A DNA stretch of 64,000 nt. Origin: Leucoraja ocellata (Eukaryota). Numbering within the stretch: position 1 is the stretch's first letter; the number at the start of each line of letters is the position of its first letter. This document shows, in pieces, positions 41,401-56,400 of the stretch. The notes under the pieces are model-generated. The model made no database searches, had not been told where the DNA came from, and worked only from the letters and a program-made list of their open reading frames with translations. The translations under genes and the position numbers were made by a program. The stretch lies in contig JAWMAR010000023.1 of the NCBI GenBank assembly GCA_036785375.1, positions 5,828,001-5,892,000 of the forward strand, read 5' to 3'.

Positions 41401-44400
41401 TCCAGTGCCCACATTTCCTAATCCAAACAGATAAAAGGTGTAACAAAATGTGGTACATCACAGTACTTACAGTAAAAAGGTGTCAGACAGTTGGAATTCC
41501 AATGCATTTTTTGTTCAGCAATGAAATTTAAATCCTTACCTATTGCTAACTGAGGAAGGGTGCAACTCAGTCGCTCTGCAATGCCCTGGAGTTCTTTTAG
41601 TTTCCCTTGCTGCCGCCTGCCTTCCTCGGTCAGAATCTTATCCTTTAACCATTGGTAACCCTGTGAATACATAATCATTTAGCTCAGGTTTGTGCTCCAA
41701 AGTGACCTGGCAGCTGGAGCTGGTGAGGCAATTCATTCCATATCAGAACTTTATAGTTGTACAACTGTTGGATAAATCAGTGAGGTATCTATATTGTACA
41801 TGAGGAGAGTAATGGCCCCAAAATGAATTCTCCTCTGTATTACAATCAGTTCATTGAAGTCCATTATAGCAGAAAGCAAACTATGTGTAACTTCGATGAT
41901 TCCACTTCCATAAATTCATTTACATTAATTTCCATTTTGATTTTAAATATCTTTAAATGTCATATGAAAAGCTCTTTTATTGGTTAAAAAAATGCAAGTT
42001 TTAAAATAGCATAGCAAAATAAATTAAATATAGACACTTGAATATCCGACCTGAATGTTCCAGCCAGGGTATAATGCTGAAATTGGCCTTACCCTCTGGA
42101 TGACAAAAATATACTGGAACCAAGCAATATTTGTTCTTACACTTACTGTACCTTTAAAGAAGCTCGAGAGTAAGGAGGAACACCTGCATCATACTTTCCA
42201 GAAATAATGCCACATGCCAAAGGAGACCAAGTCATTGCACCAACACCTTCAAGAAGGAATGTGGCAAGAACAAAAGGGTTAGATACACTAAAACTCACAG
42301 TTTTCCAGTAATACACCAAAGATAATGTTACTGCTAAGGATGGTAGCCATCCAATAATCTTAGGCAGATTCAAAACAAGGGCATCAGTGAGGCTTTCACC
42401 CTTGCCATTTCCACTCGACAAACTATTCAGAAATTATTAAAATTCAAACTAGCCATCAAAACACATACTTTGGTGTCCCGAGTAGTCGAACGAGGTGCCT
42501 CAAATCATTTACTATAGCTGGACGTATGCCATATAAGAATGGATGCAAAACTGGGCAAGGGAAAGGCACAATTGGAAGCAAGAGTTTGTTGCAAAAATGT
42601 ATCTGCCAAAAAATATTTACCGATCTTATGGAAGAGCTCTGGAAGCTGCACTTCGACTTTCTCTCTTTGGAAGAGGTGATATTCAGCTTGTTCACATATT
42701 GGGGGGATGAGGTTAAATTGACGAGCCACTGAGTAAGCCTCCTGCAGGACAGACACAGTGAACATATGACAGAGTGATAAAAGAGACGACTCTGTAACTC
42801 ATCTTGGAAGAGGGTCCTTCATCAAAAATACTTTCAAAGGTTGCATTTGCCATGTTATTTCTCAGCAGTTTCTGTTCACTGCGTTCATCAGCATTCACTT
42901 AAAGTAAACCCAGACTACTGTGATAAAATACAAGGACATGTGAAAACTGTTTACATTTAAATATCACCTAGATTTTAAATTGTTTTTAAATGTCATCAAA
43001 TCTCAAAAACATTTAAAATATTTTAAACTTTATGACCGGTTTCACAGCTTCTCACCACTGAGGGCACACAGTGGACTCTGGAGGATCAGAGACTTTCCCC
43101 ACCTAGACAAGGCAAGTGCAGATAAGGGGCCATGAGTGATGATTCCACACGGGCATCGAGCCAGCAAGATCTGGTCCAATAATATTGATATTTTCAGCAG
43201 GATTTGGAAAAGATTACAATATACTGATTGGTTATGAGATGGTTCATGGTGCAAATCTCAGCAGTCAGCAATGTGCTGTGGTTACCTATTTATTACAGCA
43301 AGATGAAACGGATTGCATACTCAGTGCTCTGTTTCAGGGAATCAATAAACTAAATGTTTTAAACTATGCTGATGGAATATCACATTTGCACCATGGTCTG
43401 GATTCACACTGAAGTACAAATGTGAGTTTATGCTTCAGCACCAAAAGAAGTTGAATGTATGGTTAGGGCCAGAGAGCTGGAGATGAAATTTGGAATGAAG
43501 TCTCCAGATTCCTAATCAACCTTCTCATTCCCTGCTAATGAAGTTTCAGAGGAAGAAGTTGGCTGGAGGAGAGGTAATGAACACAGTAATAGAGTTGTAG
43601 GTCATAGGGGCTCTCAGGCCTGATTCACGATTCAATAAGATCACGACTGTTCCTCGACTTAAACTCCACTTTCCTGCTCAATTCCTAATTCCCTCAGTAT
43701 TCAAAACCTATCAATCATTGCTTTGAAAGCATTCAATGACCAAACCTTCTGGAGAAGAGAATTCCAAAGATTTACAACCTTCCGAGCAAAGACATTTATC
43801 CTCATCTCACTCTTGATTGACTGTGTGCCTATTCTGAGATTCAGACCTAAAGATCATGACCTTCCAGCTGCAGGGAATAGCTTCTTAACATCTATTCAAG
43901 TAAAGCATTGTGTCGAAATATAAAACGGTATAGATGAGTTCAGAATAAAGAAGCACCCTGAAGAGACAATTTCAGAACTGAATTCCAGGTGAAGGGCTGG
44001 ATCCTACAATACAGGAAACTATTAAAGCCGAAGTAGGGTCAGAAGCAAAGGTCATTAATGAATAGGCGGCATAATTGCTTCTGAAAAACGTCTGAAGTGT
44101 TCTGAAGCTTAAACTTACCATGATTTCCATCGCACTCCAACGCGATGTCCCCCAGTACATGGCCATTCCTTGGTTAATCACATGCGTCATTGCTCTCACT
44201 GTTTCTGTTAGGAGAGAAAACGCGATTTCTTTATTTTTGAACAAAATGGCATAACCATGGCTGTGCCATACTAAGGGTGTGTATTGCTACTGGCTTCACA
44301 ACAGGGATTTGGCCGCAAGACATCTTGCAAGCAGTGTACATCTGTCCTGCAACAGTGGAATGGTGAGGCAGTCTGATCTTTTATTTTCCCTCAGAATTCC

Positions 44401-47400
44401 TTTGTATTGCTGGATTAATAAAGTAAATGGGAGATGGGTGTGTGTGATGAAAGTGACCCCTTGGATAAATATATGGGTGGAAGAAATGGGGGGGGGGGGG
44501 GGGGGGAAATAAAATAAAAGAAAGAATGAGCCAATTATTCTGACTTTCCTGCATCAGGCAAAAGAAACATGGTGAAAGCATGTACAATATTGAATAGAGG
44601 TGATAAGCATTGCCATTAAGTATTGGTAAAACTAAAAACAATGGTTTATCTGAGGATTGGCATGAACCAGGAGACAACATCCCTTTTTTGAAGGCCTACC
44701 TACAATAGATTGAATATCCAAATACCCAGTAAACCTCAAATCACATCAATCTCTTTGACCAGTGCAGATTTTAGATCTTGAAGAAGCAATCTTTTCTGAA
44801 ATAGGCCGTGGTTCAGACACCGACCGGTCTTTCACTTCTGGAACTTGGATTAGTGTTCTGTCCAGCTTTTTGTTTTGGGCGTAGATTCACAGCACAAAAC
44901 TAAAAATTGCTGAGCTCAATTAAGTTATTGAATGGTCAGTGTAACACATTTGAAAGTGCCTTGTTGGTTCAGTATGAAATGCCCTTTTGAGCTTAAGCCT
45001 GAGGCAATGTTCATGGCCGAGTAACTCTTAACAATATCTGACCTAAAAACATTGTTTATTAACCGTGGTGACTTAAAGAGAAAATGCTCGACTGGTATCA
45101 TTTACTTAAATTAGTAGAAGTCATCTAAACTTTGCAAGAGCAAAAAAAAAAAATTTAACACGCCCGTTTTAACTACATTTTGGAGTCATCAAAAGTCAGC
45201 TCAGCAGGCTTATTTTTTCGTTGGTAAATGGGGCATGGACGTCTCTTGTACCCCTTGAACTAAGTCTCAAAAAGAGAAAGAAAATGGCCATTAAAAAAAC
45301 TTCTCCTTTATGTGTAATGTCCGTAAAAACGGCAAATACTGGGTTATGTTCTCCCCACTTTGCATTGCCAACTGAAAGGGCAGGATTTCAGAATAAAATG
45401 TTGATGGAAATTCACTGCGGGCTGCATCTTTTAGATGACACTTTAAACTGAAGCTGATCTGCCATGTCAGAGGGAAGTGAAAAAGACATTGCACTATTTG
45501 GACAGAAATGTATTCGGCCAGTGCCTTGGACAAAATTTATCCCTTTGCCAGCTCCACCAGAAAACAGACCATTTGGGCATTAAAATCTTGCCGTGTACAT
45601 TTTGGCCATCATGTTTGCTTCATAACCAACATCAAAGCTTTAAAAATGATTAGAACAACTTTTGGACAACCAAAGCTAATGTATTTGTTTTGTCTGTCAA
45701 TGTGTTGCTAACAGACAATAGGAATGCTACAACAAAGGATGATTGACTGCAGGTCTAAACAGGAAAAAACAAAACTTGTCCTATAAAAGTTGGAATAATC
45801 TAATTATTTAGCTGAAATATACTTCCTGGAGTACTGCCTTCTTGATAGTATTCCTTACTTGAATTTGCTTATCATTTTTCTTGGGAGGGAAGAAAACCAG
45901 GGAAAATCAGTGCATCACTGTTATGTTTATGCTCTGGAGATGAGAAAGCCAAAAACTGAAGAACAGGGACAATAAACGCAGAACAATTGATTTGAAATGA
46001 AGGGGAGTAAGGCTGCATATAGTTCCTAGTATTACTGTTCTACAATGCAATCCCAGTGCACAAACGCAAATTGCAATATCTAACTTTAAATCTGATTAAA
46101 ACATCTTGAAGGAACTGGAATTTGTAACTTAATTATATTCAACCATCTATCTGCATATTTTATTTTATTGACTACTTATAGCAGTTGAAACACCATAAAT
46201 GCCAGATTACTGGCTCAAACCTATATAATATTATGTAACAACTTTATTTCTGACATGAAGTGTTAACATAAACTCTCCATTTGCTGCAAGTTGGATTTTC
46301 ATACATGGTAACATCTTTAGCTTCAGATTCAGATTCAGATTCAATCTTTATTTTCCTCCCATGCTGGACTCAATGTGCCTTAGGAACAGCAATAATCTCC
46401 CCCTTTCCCTCTGTCTCTGTCAATGACTCAAGCTTTGATGCTACAAAGTTTCACCAGCACTACCTTTCTGTCTTGTTAAAGTTGTACCCAAGCAGTGAAG
46501 ACCAACAGGATCATGATAATTCAAAGCAAAGTGCAATCCAGTCATCCCTACACTCCATACATTCACACTACCTACCAGGGGTCAATAAACAGCAATCAGT
46601 GAAGGGCTCTTTGGCTGAGTGCTTGCCTTATTAGTCCAGTACTGCTAATATCAAAACAGTGTCCCAAATGCCCATTTAGCTTAGGCAACCAACACAATAC
46701 AGATGGGGGTCCAACTTAGTTCCTTTTTGGTCTAAATTATATAATTTTATTTTAGTGCTTCCTTTACCAAGGCTGCATTCCATATTAATTTAAAAAAATC
46801 CCTATGCAAAATGATTAAGAATTGCAATTAACAGCCTTTAAAAAAAAAAAACCTGTTACTTGACTAGTACTTCTTTCACATTTTCCACTCAAGAAGCCAC
46901 TTTGTTCAATTGTGCAGAGGTGGATTGGATAATGCAGTTGACCACATACTGGCCTTTCGCCTATAGGACTTGCACCACATCACTACATTGAATGTTTCTT
47001 TAGCTGTTAGCTTTAAGAGCAAGTGAAGTGAACTTGGAAATGTTCAATTCCATTAGGCGCATTGTCGTATGTATTAAAATTATCAAGGCAGATTTTCTGC
47101 CCAGACACCAGTGAAAATACCACAAAAGACTTGGGTATTTAAGAAAAAATTAGTTGTTCTTAATTAATGTTTGTTAGTTTTAATGATTTTAGTTGGTTCT
47201 TATGAAAGTGTTTTTAGATGTTAAATTTAAGAAATTTTGAATTTTGTTCAAAAAGCTACGCTGTTTCTACTGAATATTACTGAAGGCACGTGAATGTCAA
47301 TGATGTTCACAGACACTCAAAGTCCCATATCATATTGATAGCTTTGGTAGACTCAATGTTTAAGGAGTAGAGGCAGAGGGCAGGCCATTAACCTCGATTC

Positions 47401-50400
47401 CCATCTAAGTACAAATGATTACTTTTGTTGAGAAGTTTCCTATATGATGGGCCAGTATGAATGCTAGGATCTTGGCTCCAAGTGAAGCTGTTCAGCAATT
47501 ATGGAACAATATGTCCCGCTAATTTGCACCTAGTTAACAATCTCAGCACAAAATAACTCATAATAGAAATCCATATTTAATACTTAAAGCTATGGTAGCT
47601 TATTGCCTTGGGTTTGATCAATCTGTGCCCAATTTGATCAGTTCTTTTGTTTCTGAATTTTCATATTCATGTCTTTAGAATCTTTTTTCAACTCTTCTGT
47701 TAAAATCTGCAAAATTTACAAGAAGCAAAGGACTATTTCTTTTTAAGAATGTGATATAACAAGATCGATCACTTCTTCTAAATAAACAATATGGTTTGCA
47801 CAGGGCAAGTACAACCAAGTGGCAGTTATTTCCAAAGCTGTTCTCATGTCAGCTGACAAAATAAGCTTTGGTCGACTGCACTTGGCAAACTCTTATGAGG
47901 TGCTTGTACTATCTGACAGGGCCAACGTGTCCAGCGCCCTTAATGGAGACGGGTCATAATGAACGGACCTCTGAACTTTGGTTCAAAGTCGCCTTTGATT
48001 TTTGTGGATCAGAAAAAGGAATATCCATTTTTTCCCAAAAATTGAGCGCAAAGCTGTTACCATTATCACTGCTCCAAGCAATTTGCTATAGTAGGAGCAC
48101 CATTCAGATGAGAAAGCAATGTTGCACTCAAAATGGCCACATAAAACTTCCTTATTTTGGAAGAGTAAGGATAATACTTGATATTCCAATCAAAATGTAT
48201 CTCTCAGCACACACCACCAGAGGAAATTGACTGTTATTTTTGTTTAACTGCAGATGGCAGGATCTTAGTGCAAAGTGGCTGCTAAGATTGCCCATATGCC
48301 ATTAGTCAATGATTTTTTTAAATGAGTCTGGAAACATTTTGCAACATAGAGGGGTTTAAAAGTGCATTACAAATTTGATTACCTCATCATTCTCTCCAGC
48401 CCAGTAAAATATTTATGTTCACTCCCATTTTCACAAATAATCTACACGCTGTATATCCATTTGTCTGAGATAACTGTCAAAGGTTCTGATTTAACATGAT
48501 CTTTCTTTTTTTATTTGCTGCATGTGGGGAAAACATTCTCGCAGCCTCTTATTTTTGGATTTCTTTACCTAATAGCGAGTGGTTCATGTTGTCTGGATGA
48601 AAGCCAATAACAAGAGAATAAAGTTCAAGCTACTCTTATGCTGCACAAAGGCTGCCATGTTAATGTGTGAAAATAAACTGTGAAAGAGCACCTCTTATGT
48701 GAACGAAGCTGGGTGAGAAATCAATGGGAAAATTATTAATGATGAAAATGTATTGAGCAAAACTAAATTACAGACATAAATAATAACATATGCACTGACA
48801 AATTAAGTGAGACAAAACACGTCTCATACATTTTGAGAAAATCTGAATGTTAGGTCTATTATGGATAGGCGTGTATTTATTCCTGTGGGTGAATTGGTGT
48901 TGCTTTGGTGTGAATGGTAAGACCAGTTGTGCACACTTTCTGTTGGATGGGTTATGACTGGGCAACAAAAAGGTTTAGTCGAACACACTAAGCATTCAGA
49001 TCAAAGTACCACTTCAAATACTGTACCTAATATTCTTTCTTTCATAAGGCATTTGACTTCTTGCAAGAGTTCAGATTCAAAATTCTGGATGACACCTGGT
49101 ATTTTTGCCAGAGTGTCTGTTTTCATGCATGAGCACTGTGTATCAGCAAACTGATCATCTGCAAAAACTAATGCTATTGATCTTGGCCTGGTCAGCAGCA
49201 AGGGCTGCTGGTGACCATGGACAGGATCTGGGGCTGGCCGATTCTTCATTTTAGCTGTAACGGGCTCCGAGACCACATTTTGAGTACCTGAATGAGCACT
49301 TCACAAATGTCTTTAAATTGGTGCAATTTTTTAAAATATTAGGGCAGAAACATTTCAGCATTCTCAATTTACCTAGCTTTATTTCTAACTATATTCCAAT
49401 TGTAGTTCAATGGTAATTTTTCTCCAGAAAGTATCCATCCAAATTATAACCTAACATCTATTTCACCAAAGAAAAAATGTAAGTATCGTGGTATGAATTG
49501 ACTCCATTCCTTTCTTAACATATTTAAGGCTGAATTATTTTGCAACTCTCACAATGCGTTTTCCTTCAGAGGAAACGTCAGGAAAATTGATTGTTACTAT
49601 CCATTTCAAAAGTATAAAATGAACAAGATTTACCAAAAAAAAAGTATACTTACTGAGTTGTCTCATAACCTTTAGTTTAAAATAATTTGTTTGTCGATTC
49701 ACTGGTATCACTCAGTTCTGCACTGCTAGTATTCTATGCTGTATGGCTAGCTGACACAAACTGAGGCCAGGTAATGTCTGCAGATATCTTCCTCATGCAA
49801 CATCATGATATTCCATTGCAGTGAGATCACAAACAGAAGCAGAAATCTTAACGCAGAGCTTTGTGAGCTGATTGTTTAGCCTGCTAAAACCAGCAGTTTA
49901 ATCTGGCTATGAATACATTAGCGCATACAAATATTTTATGACTATTCCTGGAATTCAGGTTTATTATATTCAATTTATTTATATCCTTGTAATATTTTGC
50001 TGACAAGATTGCTAATATAGTCCTCAAAAAGGTTCTATTGTCTCATGTAGGCCAACAACAAAGGACAAAGCTGCTCTAACCAAGGAGGACCTTTAGAATT
50101 TGGTGAACTGGTACGGTGGGATGATTCATATTTTTAAAAAATCAATAAAATGGTACAAAAGTAAATGTTTAGGCCTGAATCGGGCAGACAGTCAGTAGGG
50201 CTGAGAGTAGATTGCAGCATTAAACATTGATATTTAAAAATAAATTATTTTATTAATGAATTACAAAATACAGGTGGTTCATTTTCTCCCTCTTTGCCTC
50301 CCACCCTCCACCCCGTCTGGCTCTGTTACATGAATACATTGCTTGCAAGGCATATCTTATTTTTTACTGCCAGACTTGTGGAATAAAATGTTTTTAGAAA

Positions 50401-53400
50401 CAACCCCAAAAAGCATTCAATAATCCCGCCACGGCTTCTCAGCCCAATCTGTTATCATGCAGGCTTTTTCATAAAATTATGCACAGGCACATGTAGGCCA
50501 AAGATAAAAGAAAAGGACAATGATTGAAATGCATAACATGCACAAAGCACAAATAATTCAGCAATAATTCTGCCAGAATTGCCACTTTACTGATGATGCA
50601 TTAAATGATTTAGCAGACTCTTAATTAATCAAATGGAAAGGAAAACATAGACAGGATTTTAAAACAAAACATGAAGGCTTGGACTAAGTAGTTAGTGATG
50701 GACTGGTACAATAGTTAGAGGAGGTGTGTATTACATGACTACAGATTTGTTGCTACCAGGATTGCAATGGCTTGATCTCTCAATTAATCTCAGTACTACA
50801 TCATCCCTGAACAGATTTAATAACGAAGGATCTTACATAGACTAAAGGGAACTGGATATTATTTTGAAAAGGAAATGCTCGCATGATAAGTAAGAGGGTG
50901 AAGGGGCAGATTTGACGACAATAGGCTGAATAGAGCGCTTCTGGATTTGGCCTTGTTTACTGTGCCCATGTTAATGATGGGAACTGCAATCATTTTTAAA
51001 TGAACAAAATCTATTTTCTGACTCCTACTGTGGAAACAGTCCTTTCTCAATTTACTCCATTAAAAGGTATTATTTAATTTTGAAAGCATCAATTCTGAAC
51101 ATACACTGGCAAAGTGGAAACATTATAAAATCTTTAATATCTCCTTGTGATCATAATTTAATCTGGAAAACAAGTGATAACCTCTCCTCATTGTTTTAAT
51201 GCCCTTCCAGTCACGACATGCCCCAAATCTAACTCCATTCTATACCCACAATACTTGCATTGCCTTGGTATTAATTAATCAAAATGTACTTCATTTATTT
51301 CTGGGACCTCCTGAAGTTTGAAACAGTACTAGGTTTTTCTAACAAATCTTTTATTCAACTCAAGATTACAACTTTACTTTAGTACATCATAGAAAATAAA
51401 ATATTATTTGTTATCATTGCTTATTTATTTTTTTCAAAATGGATCACCCTCTTAAATGCTCATTAAATCACATCTACTGCTTTTTGAAAATTCTATAGAC
51501 TTCACTGATTAAAAGTCTCCTACTATGTTGCGAGCAGCAAACTTTGAGACTTTGGTCCACCATGCAAGTCCAAATCAGCCATGTATACCAAAAACTAAAG
51601 TGTTTCTAGCAGTAACTCCAGAATTTGTACTCTAACTTTTTGCTTCCTATCAACCAACTTGGTATTTATACGGCCATTTTTTTCCTGAAACCAAATGTCT
51701 GGATTTTTCAAACACACTTCTGGTGACACTTTATCAACCAACTCTGGCATCACAAGTCACTGCCTCAAGATGGGCCTTTAACAAATCTGCTACTGAACTT
51801 GAATTCCCCTTTAGATTTTTAATTTCCCCTTTCCCCTATGTTCTTCATGATTATCATGGACTGGCCTAACAAAGGCCTCATTTTAAACCTTGGTTTAGGT
51901 TCGATGTATTTACTAAAGTAGCTCAAATCTTTGGTGCAGCTTTTTTTATATCTGTTGGGAGCTATGTACCTGATCAATCTTATATGAAGATGTTCCACTG
52001 CTGACCTGTTTGCTGACATTGTCAGTTAATTGACACTAGATATCCTCTTGCACAATAGAACTTTGTCTTATTCGATTACAGCATCATTAGCTTTGGTTCT
52101 TTATTCTATTGTGTTCTTATGTAACTTAACTATAACTGCTGTGTCCTAATTGGTCTCCTTTAAACAAAGGTTACAACATTTTTAAGTGAATGATTAATGG
52201 TAAGGAATAAATAGATGGACTGTATTAATATTATTTTCATCCACGTTGGTGTACTTGAGGGCCCCGATATTTCCGAATATTTAATTTATCCCAGGCAATA
52301 TTAGAATAAAGCTAATTTTGAACGTATTATTTTTGTTCTAATCTTGCCAGGGATAAAATCACACAATACTATCCACATTCTGTCTTAATGCAACTTTCAA
52401 AATATACTTAGCATGGTGGTTACATCATTTACTACAACACTAACCATAACTCTGAATTTAAATGGTAGACAATATTTCAATGGTTGACTATTTTCCTCAA
52501 CATTAATTTTCTGTTGCACTTTAGTTTCAATGTTCTGAAATGTCAGATCCCCAAAGTACACTAATGCGGGCAAATATAATGTTAAAGTCCATCTATTTAT
52601 TACTAGTCATTCGCTGCAGAATTCTATAACTGTCACTGCTACATGATCAGGGTTGTGAACAGAATCAAGCAGTTGCAAGTTAGCTGAACAACTCCTTACA
52701 ATAAATCTTGCAGCAAATTTGCATGGGCTGTTTGCATGAAGAGTGAATATTGTGAAGTTAGTTGTTCAGCAGTGGCGATTTCAGTTAGCAAAATTTATCC
52801 CAGGCCCACTGTGCTGAAAACAGTACCAGTCTATCACCAAAATAACCTATAGCAGTGATTGCAATAATTACTAATTTACAGTGAAACCTGCACTACATGG
52901 TCACTTTCACCAATGCAAACAACTGGCCACAGATGGTTGATAAGGCATTAAAATGTCATGTCCTGAATTAAATGCTAATGGCAACTTTAGACTGTAATTG
53001 TAACATTTAATTTGGCAAGCCTCAATTTGCCATTCTTCTTCTTGGCAACAATGAATAGAGAGTAATTTTGGTTATTCAACAGTGGAAAGCATCACAACTG
53101 TACATTTGCTTTTGAGGGTTACTGGACAGCAGGCAGGATAGAACCGTGGCAGAGCTCCCCTTTCAAGCACTGTCAGTCATAGGTGCTGCCTATGATGAGT
53201 GTACCTAAAGCAGATTCAGAATTGAACATACCAGCTTCCTGGTCTGAGCGGCTCACACACTCATGCATAAATTCTATTCACCTGCAGCACTACAGTGCGT
53301 AATTCCCTTAAATAAACATAGCCCAGTGTTTCAAGCAAAACCTTTAACAAGTTTAAACCATCTAATTGCCAAAAATATGTTTGCAGTTTTAAGAAATTTT

Positions 53401-56400
53401 ACTTAGGGTGAAGCTAATATATAACAGTTTTGAATAGCATTCAAATAACTTTATAACATATGTTAGGAAATGATTTCTATTTACTGTGATCTATCCAGAA
53501 AATAGAATTAAATCGTACTTATTTTAAACACTTAAATTTCAAACTGTTGTTCTAATTTAATTAATTTTGCCCAGCCTTATTTACTTGTACAAAGATTTGA
53601 TCATGACTATAAAACATATACATTTCATATTTTATTGCTACTGGAGTTGGAAAGATTGTTTAGTGACACTAAATGTCTTTAGGATATAGTTAACATTTCA
53701 GGTGGGAAACAGGGAAATAGTTATCTGGTTCAAATAGATGATAATTAGTGCCGGAGGACCATTTTTGTATTCACATTAATGAGTTTCATTTCACACATCT
53801 GACAATTGCTCTTAAGGGGATTCTACTGCTTATTAGTTTTTATCGTATATTGTTGATTATTATATATTTTCTGTTGTTGCTTTATACTAAGCTGCAGCAA
53901 GTAAACATTTAATTGTTGCGTCGTCAGTATTCATGATAAAAACTCTCCACTCTTGCTTACATCACATCACTTACACCTGCAGGTGACTGCAGGCTGATGA
54001 AGGGGTCAATCTGATTACAGGTTTCATATTTGCTAGCTGCTTTGGGTAAACTTGCAGTCCCTATTACTCAAGGTGGACTCTCTTTAATGTAAACCATTGG
54101 CAAAAACGTCACAAAAATCACTGAGATTTCCTGAAGAACTTGGCATGGTGAATTGGGTGTCTGGCTGGGAATTGTGCTCACTGCACGCATTAATATATAA
54201 TTGACTTTTGAATCCGTGTGCTAGCACTATCTAACAGTGACATATTGGTAATGCACAACTCATTTGAGGCAAGTAGTTTACAGGGTAGCGTTAGCATGAG
54301 CAAGAACATGAGGTCATAAATTACTTAGATAAACTAAACCTCCTGCTGCTTAATCAAAGTGACCAGAAGAACAGGTTTCAGTTGAGTAGTTTCATACTTA
54401 CCCAAGTTTAGAAACAACTGCAACAGCTTCCTTCATCCCCTTGCTACTCAGCAGACGTGTGCCATTTAGCAATGGGAAATGGCAAGGCTGCCTACTGCCT
54501 TTCACGGGGATTCAGTTTTTACAATGTATTGTTATAGACTAAAAGTTGTCACAGCCTACATGTTACACATTGCTCATAATTATAAAAAACTTATGGTGCA
54601 TGTTAATGAGGGGAAAAAAAATCACAATGTTAAGAAAAAGTAAAATGAATTTTAACATCTGGCAAACATTTAATTAAAAAATATCAGCCAAAGCAAACAC
54701 TTGTAGAAGGAGCCGTGGAGATTTTCAATTTAATTTCCACAAAATCAGAAACAAGACTTGTGCAAAACAAATGAAGCGCATAAATTTCTCAGAGTACGGT
54801 AATTCTATCTACATAACATTACTATACACAGCACTACTGTTCACAGAATGAGAGGAATTCAAAATGAAATGCTGGCAAACCTGAAAGCACGTAAACAGAA
54901 AGTCAATTAAAGTGCTAAACCCTAATGGATTGGCATTTGTACAACATGCATGGTTTAGGAATATGAAGGAGGCGTTCAAAACGTAAGAAACATGTTCAAA
55001 AATAAGAAGCAAAAAGGGTAGGACAGAATCATTTTATTTACTTGCAAGATGTTGTTAAGAATTCAGGTAAGTTGCATTTTATGGGGAGGTTACTTCTCTG
55101 GGTGAAAGGGAGGAAGTGGGAGCAGAGTGAACGAACAATCTGCCCCATAAAATGCCTTGGAACAGCTAAGTATTAATACTCATTTCTTGGGTACTGTGTA
55201 CCTTCAATGATGAATGTTCTTGACTTTGAAGAACTAAATGGATCCCCTGGTAATAAAAAAAAGATTTAAAAAAAACCAGAGTTTATAGCTGAAGGCACAT
55301 TACATTGTAGAATTTAGGGCATGGGAGAGGCAAGATTAAATTCTACATATACATACATACACATATGACTTCCAAGCTCAGAAAACAGTAGTCCCGTGCA
55401 ATGATCACCTTCATTGGAAACACGTTATAAAACACATTCAACATGTAAAAGTTCAAATATAGTAGGAGTAAAAATAAAAACAGAGCACTCTATCAATTAA
55501 GGTACAAAATACTGTTTAAAAGACAGTATCCCTTTTGTTTACCTACACAGATTAAATTGTAAATGTAGTACCAATCAACATACTTGACAAAGTTAACTGG
55601 AAGGGCAAATGTACCATGAAATAGATGATTAATATGACAGGAGTGGCAGTGAGGAAAACATCACTTACAATCTTTGGTTGTCAAAGTCTCAGAACCAATT
55701 AAATATCAGCAAAATAACCCAACATCTTAATCTATGTCCTTCTTCCTTGAGTCTTTGTGCTTTCCTCTTCACCATTGCAAAAGGCAGTCATCAATCAGAA
55801 ACCTGCACTAGAAACCTCTAGCAACTCTCCATTTCTTTCCCTTTAAAAAAATCTCCTTAAATCTACATCTTTAGACACATCTTTGAACCCTCTGCTTGGT
55901 GTTCATTTCCCCCAACGTCTGTGAAAAGCATGACATTTCCAAACTTTGTAAAGGAGGGTCATGGTGCAAAAAATAAATACAGGAGTGGAGACAGGAATTA
56001 AGTTTGTTGTTTCATCCAGTGCAGTACAGAGGAAATGGCATCCAAGGAGCTACTTTGGTTAGCTCTCTGATGATTCAATAGGTTTACTGAGTGAGCGGGT
56101 TATCAATTATCTCCTTCACTTCAAGGTGCCTACTCCTGATTTCATTCCCGTGGAATGAGAGTGGATACATTTAGTTGTCGCTTCTATAATTTAATTTGCT
56201 GATGATGTTATGATTTCTTAATGGTAATTCAACATTAAGTAGCTCGGTATAGATTAGGATTTGAGTATTTATAACTCAATACTCGAAAGACGGTGAATTG
56301 GGTTGGTATAAGTGTAAATTGTCCCTAGTGTGTGTAGGATAGTGTTAATGTGCGGGGGTTGCTGGTCAGTGCGGACTCGGTGGGCCGAAGGGCCTGTTTC

